Shown here in pieces: positions 1 through 5,000 of a stretch of 5,000 nucleotides of DNA (the first letter of the stretch is position 1; each line of letters begins with the position of its first letter). The translations under genes were made by a program, and so were the position numbers. The notes beneath the pieces were generated by a model. It had not been told where the DNA came from and made no database searches. It worked only from the letters and a program-made list of their open reading frames with translations. The stretch lies in contig CBFFSA010000099.1 in NCBI GenBank assembly GCA_965644495.1, positions 1-5,000 on the forward strand, in the 5' to 3' direction. Source of the DNA: Perkinsela sp. CCAP 1560/9 (lineage: Eukaryota; Protista; Euglenozoa: Kinetoplastea).

Positions 1-1
1 G

Positions 2-166
2 TTCCGTGCGGATATCGATTATGGCGTTGCCAGAGCACAAACGACATATGGGGTGATTGGGGTTAAAGTATGGATCTTTAAAGGTGAGATCGTGAGCCCT
101 AGTCAAAAAGAAGACCGTCAACAGGGTAGTGGTGATGTAGCATCAACCACTGAGACGGCAGTGTAA
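2..166 (+). CDS. rpsC: 30S ribosomal protein S3 (uS3), C-terminal part; the gene starts upstream of the window
   Basis: Manual translation of frame 2 gives [54 protein letters not shown], containing the conserved S3 motif RADIDY...[16 protein letters not shown]. Stop TAA at 164-166, directly upstream of rplP as expected. Confidence 0.97.
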   Translation, partial: FRADIDYGVARAQTTYGVIGVKVWIFKGEIVSPSQKEDRQQGSGDVASTTETAV

Positions 167-178
167 TTGAGGTGAAAC

Positions 179-592
179 ATGCTGCAACCAAAGCGCACTA
201 AATTTAGAAAACAGCAAAAAGGGCGTAATCGTGGCTTAGCACAGCGCGGTAGTAAAGTCAGTTTTGGTGATTTTGGCTTGAAAGCCACAGGGCGTGGGCG
301 GTTAACGTCACGTCAAATCGAAGCAGCGCGTCGCGCAATTTCGCGTGCGGTAAAGCGTGGTGGAAAAGTATGGATTCGGGTATTTCCCGATAAACCAATT
401 ACTAAAAAACCATTAGAAGTGCGTCAAGGGAAAGGTAAGGGTAGTGTCGAGTATTGGGTTGCATTAATCCAGCCTGGGCGTGTGTTATTTGAATTAGAGG
501 GTGTACCTGAAGAGTTAGCACGTGATGCTTTTGAAAAAGCAGCGTCTAAATTACCGTTTAAAACCCTCTTTGTATCGCGGACGGTGATGTAA
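179..592 (+). CDS. rplP: 50S ribosomal protein L16 (uL16)
   Basis: [19 protein letters not shown] start, plus [19 protein letters not shown] and [12 protein letters not shown] motifs. SD GAGGTG at 169-174. Confidence 0.99.
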   Translation: MLQPKRTKFRKQQKGRNRGLAQRGSKVSFGDFGLKATGRGRLTSRQIEAARRAISRAVKRGGKVWIRVFPDKPITKKPLEVRQGKGKGSVEYWVALIQPGRVLFELEGVPEELARDAFEKAASKLPFKTLFVSRTVM

Positions 593-798
593 TGAAAGCA
601 GTTGAGTTACGTAAAAAATCGTTAACGGAGTTGCAACAAGAATTACGTGAATTGTTGCGTGAACAATTTAACTTAAAAATGCAGCGTGGTGCTGGGCATG
701 CAACGCGTACTCATTTATTTAAAGAAGTACGATGTAATATTGCTCGGGTAAAAACACTGATGCATGAGCAACAAACGGCAAAAGGTGGTGAGCAATAA
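592..798 (+). CDS. rpmC: 50S ribosomal protein L29 (uL29)
   Basis: [10 protein letters not shown]...[11 protein letters not shown]...[11 protein letters not shown] matches the L29 pattern. TAATG overlap with rplP; canonical position. Confidence 0.97.
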   Translation: MKAVELRKKSLTELQQELRELLREQFNLKMQRGAGHATRTHLFKEVRCNIARVKTLMHEQQTAKGGEQ

Positions 799-1073
799 TG
801 GCGGAAGTAGAACAAAAGCAGCGTACAGTTACCGGTATCGTTGTTAGCGATGCCATGGATAAAACAATTGTGGTGCGTGTTGAGCGTCGAGTAAAACATC
901 CATTGTATGGTAAAGTGATACGTCGCTTTAGTAAATTGCATGCACATGATGAAGACAATCAATGTCGTTTAGGTGATACCGTTGCTGTGTGTGCATCGCG
1001 CCCACTGTCAAAGAAAAAACGTTGGTGTTTAGTTGAGATTAAACAACGTCAGTTTGCCGGAGAACAGCCATGA
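798..1073 (+). CDS. rpsQ: 30S ribosomal protein S17 (uS17)
   Basis: [29 protein letters not shown] and RPLSK motifs. TAATG overlap with rpmC. Confidence 0.98.
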   Translation: MAEVEQKQRTVTGIVVSDAMDKTIVVRVERRVKHPLYGKVIRRFSKLHAHDEDNQCRLGDTVAVCASRPLSKKKRWCLVEIKQRQFAGEQP

Positions 1074-1435
1074 TTCAAATGGGAAGCAAATTGGCAATAG
1101 CCGACAACAGTGGTGCACGTGCGGTCGAATGCATTAAAGTACTGGGCGGTTCTAAGCGTCGTTATGCTGCTGTGGGTGATGTGATTAAAGTCTCAGTAAA
1201 AGAAGCGATCCCACGCAGCAAAGTGAAAAAAGGCGATGTGGTTAATGCTGTGGTGGTACGTACTAAAAAAGGTGTGCGCCGTCAGGACGGTTCGTTAATT
1301 CGTTTTGATGGTAATGCAGCTGTATTACTGAATGCACAATTGCAGCCGATTGGTACTCGGATCTTTGGTCCGGTTACTCGTGAATTGCGTGAACGTTTCA
1401 TGCGAATTATTTCATTGGCGCCAGAGGTCTTATAG
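1070..1435 (+). CDS. rplN: 50S ribosomal protein L14 (uL14)
   Basis: MIQ...ADNSGA...[36 protein letters not shown] and ISLAPEVL* motifs. ATGA overlap with the rpsQ stop; SD GGAG at 1059-1062. Confidence 0.99.
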   Translation: MIQMGSKLAIADNSGARAVECIKVLGGSKRRYAAVGDVIKVSVKEAIPRSKVKKGDVVNAVVVRTKKGVRRQDGSLIRFDGNAAVLLNAQLQPIGTRIFGPVTRELRERFMRIISLAPEVL

Positions 1436-1455
1436 GTTTATTAAGCGAGTTTATG

Positions 1456-1810
1456 ATGGCAAAGGCAGATTCAAAAAAAAATAGCACGCAATAAATACCG
1501 CATCAAAAAAAATGATGAAGTGGTAGTGATTGCAGGGCGTTCTAAAGGTGTGCAGGGTAAAGTATTACGCATGTGCCCAGATGAACGTGTGTATGTGGAA
1601 GGGGCGAATATGGTGACTAAACACGTGCGTCCTAATCCAAACATTGGTGAAGCAGGTGGACGTAAGCAGCAAGAAGCACCTCTACACATTTCTAATGTAG
1701 CGATATTCAACCCGAAGACTAAAAAAGCCGATCGGGTTGGTTATAAATATTTAGCTGATGGTAAAAAAGTACGGGTATTTTGCTCGACTAAAGAAGAAAT
1801 TGATCTCTGA
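1456..1810 (+). CDS. rplX: 50S ribosomal protein L24 (uL24), with an apparent +1 frameshift in the A9 tract at 1473-1481; start uncertain (ATG 1453 or 1456)
   Basis: The frame of ORF 1520..1810 continues upstream as ...KKIARNKYRIKKNDEVVVIAGRSKG, which is the L24 N-terminal/KOW motif. It is closed by TGA at 1454-1456 with no in-frame ATG/GTG/TTG before 1520. ATGs at 1453/1456 are in another frame that stops at TAA 1492-1494. The body has VEGAN.V.KHVRPNP, EAPLHISNVA.FNP and ADRVG motifs. Gene identity is secure; the start is inferred. Confidence 0.9.
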
Positions 1811-1813
1811 TAT

Positions 1814-1820
1814 AGGTGAT
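1814..1820 (+). promoter_or_regulatory. Shine-Dalgarno site of rplE
   Basis: AGGTGAT is complementary to the 16S 3' end (AUCACCU) and lies 8 nt upstream of ATG 1829. Confidence 0.75.
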
Positions 1821-1828
1821 AAGCAGTC

Positions 1829-2374
1829 ATGATACGCTTTGAAGAGTTATACAAAACACAAATACACCAGAAATTAATGCAACAGTTTGGCATGAATGCA
1901 ATGCAAGTGCCGCGCATTGAAAAAATCACTTTGAATATGGGATTGGGTGAAGCGGCTGCAGATAAGAAAATCATTCAAGCAGCAGTTGGTGATATGACAG
2001 CGATTGCTGGGCAAAAGCCAGTGGTTACTGTGGCGCGTAAATCAATTGCTGGGTTTAAAATTCGTGATGGGTGGCCTATTGGTTGTAAAGTAACATTACG
2101 TGGCAAGCGCATGTATGAATTTTTAGAGCGCTTGGTGTGCATTGCTATTCCACGGGTGCGTGATTTTCGTGGACTTGGCCCAAAATCATTTGATGGCCGT
2201 GGTAATTACAGTTTAGGTATCAATGAACAGATCGTGTTTCCTGAAATTGATTATGACACGATTGATACGATTCGTGGATTAGATATCACGATCACCACCA
2301 CTGCCAACACCAACGAACATGCCAAAGCATTATTAGCTGGTTTTGATTTTCCGTTTAAGAAAGAGGGTAATTGA
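1829..2374 (+). CDS. rplE: 50S ribosomal protein L5 (uL5)
   Basis: [55 protein letters not shown] and [10 protein letters not shown] motifs. Strong SD AGGTGAT at 1814-1820. Confidence 0.99.
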   Translation: MIRFEELYKTQIHQKLMQQFGMNAMQVPRIEKITLNMGLGEAAADKKIIQAAVGDMTAIAGQKPVVTVARKSIAGFKIRDGWPIGCKVTLRGKRMYEFLERLVCIAIPRVRDFRGLGPKSFDGRGNYSLGINEQIVFPEIDYDTIDTIRGLDITITTTANTNEHAKALLAGFDFPFKKEGN

Positions 2375-2376
2375 TA

Positions 2377-2676
2377 ATGGCGAAAAAATCAGTCATTGCA
2401 CGCAATCAACAACGTCGCGCTACTGTTGCAAAGTATGCTGACAGACGTGCTGAGTTAAAAAAGCAAGCACGTTCATTAGATCCGGAAGTGCGTATGGCTG
2501 CAATAGCGAAGTTACAAGCATTACCACGCAATGCAAGTCCGGTTAGGTTGCGTAATCGTTGTGAAGAAACTGGGCGTGGGCGTGGTGTTTACCGTCGCTT
2601 TAATTTAAGTCGTCATAAGTTACGCGAGTTTGCTATGAAAGGGCAAATTCCAGGTTTACGTAAATCAAGTTGGTAA
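2377..2676 (+). CDS. rpsN: 30S ribosomal protein S14 (uS14), long zinc-independent (C-) form, 99 aa
   Basis: MAKKS...[30 protein letters not shown]...[11 protein letters not shown]. Start moved from the ORF-track TTG (2371) to ATG 2377, which gives the canonical MAK.S N-terminus with SD GAGGG at 2363-2367. Confidence 0.97.
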   Translation: MAKKSVIARNQQRRATVAKYADRRAELKKQARSLDPEVRMAAIAKLQALPRNASPVRLRNRCEETGRGRGVYRRFNLSRHKLREFAMKGQIPGLRKSSW

Positions 2677-2701
2677 AAGATTGATGAGGATGAAATAGAG
2701 T

Positions 2702-3100
2702 ATGAGCATGCAAGATCCTATCGCCGATATGTTAATTCGCATCAAGAATGCGCAGGCGGTATTCAAGCAACATGTCAGCATGCCAGCATCTAATGTAAAG
2801 CAGGCAATTGCGGCTGTGTTGATGCAAGAAGGTTATGTCAACGATGTTGACTTAGTTGATGATGTTGAGGGTAAATCGCAATTGCGTATCACCTTAAAAT
2901 ACCACCAAGGTAAAGGTGTTATTTGGCAATTGAAACGGATTAGTCGACCAGGATTACGTATTTATAAAACGTGTAAACAGTTACCACGGGTAATGGGTGG
3001 TTTAGGTGTGGCGATTATTTCCACCTCGCAGGGAGTAATGGCTGATCACAAAGCACGCCAATGTGGCTTGGGTGGTGAAGTGCTTGTTGAAGTCAAATAG
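2702..3100 (+). CDS. rpsH: 30S ribosomal protein S8 (uS8)
   Basis: [41 protein letters not shown] and GGEV motifs. Confidence 0.99.
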   Translation: MSMQDPIADMLIRIKNAQAVFKQHVSMPASNVKQAIAAVLMQEGYVNDVDLVDDVEGKSQLRITLKYHQGKGVIWQLKRISRPGLRIYKTCKQLPRVMGGLGVAIISTSQGVMADHKARQCGLGGEVLVEVK

Positions 3101-3128
3101 CCTGAAGATGAATTAGGAGACAGATAGT

Positions 3129-3665
3129 ATGTCATTACGTGTTGCAAACAAGCCGATTCAAGTGCCAACGGGCGTTGACGTTAATGTCAACGGTCAGCAA
3201 CTTGATATTAAAGGCAGCAAAGGCGCACTGACTCATGTATTACACGATGCAGTGAATATCACTCATCAAGATGGTGTGTTGCAATTGTCGGCGAGTAATA
3301 ACCAGCCAGACAACATTGCGTTGACGGGCACCATGCGTGCCTTAATCAATAATATTGTGATTGGGGTCAGTCAGGGTTTTGAACGCAAACTTGAATTAAA
3401 AGGGGTAGGTTACCGCGCACAAGTGCAAGGTAAGAACTTGAATTTAACTGTTGGTTTTTCGCATCCGGTTGTTTTCCCGGTGCCTGAGGGAATTACCATT
3501 GAAACACCCAGTCAAACTGAGATTGTGGTCAAAGGTGCAGATAAGCAATTGGTGGGGCAAGTGACGGCTAATATTCGCCGTATTCGTCCACCTGATGCGT
3601 ATAAAGGTAAAGGCATTCGTTATGCCGATGAACGAATTAGTTTGAAAGAAACTAAGAAAAAATAA
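3129..3665 (+). CDS. rplF: 50S ribosomal protein L6 (uL6)
   Basis: KGSKG.L, GT.RALINN...GVSQGF..KLEL.GVGYRA, GFSHPV, DKQLVGQ and YKGKGIRY motifs. SD AGGAG at 3115-3119. Confidence 0.99.
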   Translation: MSLRVANKPIQVPTGVDVNVNGQQLDIKGSKGALTHVLHDAVNITHQDGVLQLSASNNQPDNIALTGTMRALINNIVIGVSQGFERKLELKGVGYRAQVQGKNLNLTVGFSHPVVFPVPEGITIETPSQTEIVVKGADKQLVGQVTANIRRIRPPDAYKGKGIRYADERISLKETKKK

Positions 3666-3668
3666 CGC

Positions 3669-3740
3669 TATACTCAACGCATTTTGAATTTAGGCGAGGC
3701 GTAGCCAACAAAGACCTAAATTTAAAACGTGAAGAGTATA
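3669..3740. mobile_element. 72-bp palindromic intergenic element, probable MITE resembling a short (internally deleted) ERIC/IRU-type repeat
   Basis: Sequence TATACTCAACGCATTTTGAATTTAGG-CGAGGCGTAGCCAACAAAGA-CCTAAATTTAAAACGTGAAGAGTATA. The 26-nt arms (3669-3694 and 3715-3740) pair without gaps: 21 Watson-Crick, 2 G-U and 3 mismatches. Ends are TATAC...GTATA with TA at both termini, a possible TA target duplication. The inverted repeat is seen directly; the ERIC-family assignment rests on recalled consensus features. Confidence 0.6.
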
Positions 3741-3803
3741 TTCTTGGTGGTTTCATCAGGGTTGTTATTTGGGTATTAAAACAATTTAAGTTGAGTAAAG
3801 CAG

Positions 3804-4154
3804 ATGAATTTACGTAAACAATCACGCCTACGCCGCGCTAAGCGTAGCCGCAAAAAGATGCAAGAGTTGTGCGCAACACGATTATCAGTGCACCGCACAC
3901 CAAAGCATATCTATGCACAAATGATCGATGCCAGCGGTAAAGTGGTTGCTGCTGCATCCAGTATTGAAAAAGAAATGGCGCAGCAAGGTTATACCGGCAA
4001 TGTAGCTATGGCAAAACGCGTAGGTGAAGCTGTTGCTAAGCGTGCTAAGCAAGCCGGTGTTGAACGAGTCGCGTTTGATCGTTCTGGGTTTAAGTACCAT
4101 GGTCGTGTTAAAGCGTTGGCAGACGCTGCACGTGAAGGTGGTATTGAGTTTTAA
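3804..4154 (+). CDS. rplR: 50S ribosomal protein L18 (uL18)
   Basis: [53 protein letters not shown] motifs. Confidence 0.99.
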   Translation: MNLRKQSRLRRAKRSRKKMQELCATRLSVHRTPKHIYAQMIDASGKVVAAASSIEKEMAQQGYTGNVAMAKRVGEAVAKRAKQAGVERVAFDRSGFKYHGRVKALADAAREGGIEF

Positions 4155-4168
4155 TAAAGGGTAATAGC

Positions 4169-4720
4169 ATGGCAACATACGATCAATCAACAAGTAGTGA
4201 TGGCTTAATTGAAAAATTAGTAGCAGTTAACCGTACCGCAAAAGTGGTTAAAGGTGGGCGCATCTTTGGTTTTACTGCAACAGTAGTTGTTGGTGATGGT
4301 AAAGGACGTATTGGTTATGGTCGTGGTAAAGCACGCGAAGTCCCCCCAGCAATTCAAAAAGCATTAGAGCAAGCACGTCGTGACATGACCAGTGTCGCTT
4401 TAAAAGGATCGACATTGCATTATGCGATAACCGCTAACCATGGCGCTTCTAAAGTATTTATGCAACCTGCTACCGAGGGTACTGGAATTATTGCAGGTGG
4501 TGCGATGCGTGCAGTGTTTGAAGTATTAGGCGTGCACAATGTGTTAGCTAAGTGTTTTGGTTCAACCAATCCAATGAATGTTGTGTTGGCAACAATTAAG
4601 GGGTTAAGACAAATTGCCGCCCCTGAAGCGATTGCTGAAAAACGCGGCAAACCGATTCATGCATTGTGGCATGGTACTAAGAAGCAATCTAAAGATACTG
4701 ATCAGGCAGCAGCGGAGTAA
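4169..4720 (+). CDS. rpsE: 30S ribosomal protein S5 (uS5)
   Basis: [20 protein letters not shown]...[33 protein letters not shown] and GSTNP.NVV.AT motifs. Extended C-terminus. Confidence 0.99.
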   Translation: MATYDQSTSSDGLIEKLVAVNRTAKVVKGGRIFGFTATVVVGDGKGRIGYGRGKAREVPPAIQKALEQARRDMTSVALKGSTLHYAITANHGASKVFMQPATEGTGIIAGGAMRAVFEVLGVHNVLAKCFGSTNPMNVVLATIKGLRQIAAPEAIAEKRGKPIHALWHGTKKQSKDTDQAAAE

Positions 4721-4725
4721 ATGCC

Positions 4726-4923
4726 ATGGCAGCAGGTAAAACAAATAAACAGTTATCAGTGACATTAGTCAAAAGTCCGATTGGTGCATTGCCACGGCAT
4801 CGTGATTGTGTACGTGGTTTGGGTCTGCGTCGATTACACCATACGGTGACGTTAGTGGATACGCCTGCCGTGCGTGGGATGATCAATCATGTTAATCATC
4901 TAGTAACGGTTGAGGAAGGGTAG
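4726..4923 (+). CDS. rpmD: 50S ribosomal protein L30 (uL30)
   Basis: [23 protein letters not shown]...[15 protein letters not shown] motif. SD GGAG at 4714-4717, 8 nt before the ATG. Confidence 0.97.
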   Translation: MAAGKTNKQLSVTLVKSPIGALPRHRDCVRGLGLRRLHHTVTLVDTPAVRGMINHVNHLVTVEEG

Positions 4924-4925
4924 TT

Positions 4926-5000
4926 ATGCGACTTAATACATTACAACCAGCAACAGGTGCCAAGCAGGTGGCAAAACGTCGTGGACGTGGTATCGGATCT
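4926..5000 (+). CDS. rplO: 50S ribosomal protein L15 (uL15), N-terminal part; runs off the window
   Basis: Manual translation from ATG 4926 gives MRLNTLQPATGAKQVAKRRGRGIGS, the canonical L15 start (MRLNTL.P..G....KR.GRGIGS). Follows rpmD; a purine-rich SD lies in the last rpmD codons. Confidence 0.95.
   Translation, partial: MRLNTLQPATGAKQVAKRRGRGIGS

Noticed and set aside
1453-1494. 13-aa ORF MMAKADSKKNSTQ as an independent leader peptide
   Set aside because: It is better explained as the frameshifted 5' end of rplX; no attenuator structure is visible.
1520-1522. GTG 1520 as the rplX start (ORF track)
   Set aside because: It lies inside the conserved KOW motif; L24 similarity (RIKKNDEV) extends upstream in frame, and there is no convincing SD.
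2371-2373. TTG 2371 as the rpsN start (ORF track)
   Set aside because: ATG 2377 gives the canonical MAK.S N-terminus and suitable spacing from SD GAGGG (9 nt versus 3 nt).
2681-2698. Mini-ORF (TTG ATG AGG ATG AAA TAG) in the rpsN-rpsH spacer, in frame with rpsH
   Set aside because: Only a few codons overlapping the purine-rich SD region, expected by chance, with no evidence of function.
3669-3750. Calling the hairpin a canonical Rho-independent terminator
   Set aside because: The stem is long and AU-rich with a 20-nt loop, there is no proper U-tract (only TTCTT), and it lies mid-operon upstream of essential genes.
3642-3803. Possible internal sigma70 promoter for rplR (TATACT 3669-3674, TATATT 3737-3742, TATTAA 3774-3779)
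   Set aside because: No good -35 at 16-18 nt (TTGAAA at 3642-3647 is 21 nt from TATACT) and no TG extension. These are AT-rich chance matches or element ends.
4721-4762. Out-of-frame ATG immediately after the rpsE stop ([13 protein letters not shown])
   Set aside because: It is only 3 nt from the GGAG SD; ATG 4726 has proper spacing and opens the L30 frame.
711-4886. Eight minus-strand ORFs in the track (711-962, 719-958, 1471-1710, 1741-1974, 3444-3677, 3885-4193, 4420-4650, 4689-4886)
   Set aside because: All are short, lie antisense to highly conserved ribosomal-protein genes and show no recognisable motifs. They are most likely shadow ORFs.
1-5000. CRISPR arrays, tRNA/rRNA genes, transposases, tandem repeats or a novel multi-gene system
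   Set aside because: None seen. Nearly all bases are accounted for by canonical ribosomal-protein genes, and the only sizeable non-coding stretch is 3666-3803.

Overview
This is a core housekeeping window: the distal S10 and most of the spc ribosomal-protein cluster of a Gammaproteobacterium, all on the + strand in canonical order: rpsC (3' end), rplP, rpmC, rpsQ, rplN, rplX, rplE, rpsN, rpsH, rplF, rplR, rpsE, rpmD, rplO (5' end). GC is roughly 40-45% by eye, and some residues look Legionellales-like (from memory). I see no new multi-gene system. Two things are not explained by the gene calls. (1) A 72-bp palindromic element bounded by TATA at both ends (3669-3740) lies 3 nt after the rplF stop and resembles a short, internally deleted ERIC/IRU-type MITE. 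(2) rplX appears frameshifted: its likely ATG (1453/1456) is out of frame with the conserved L24 body, and removing one A from an A9 tract (1473-1481) restores a full-length gene. This is either a homopolymer sequencing error or slippage-dependent expression. In addition, rpsQ and rplN overlap by 4 nt, so the S10/spc intergenic boundary of E. coli is absent, and several proteins carry short terminal extensions.
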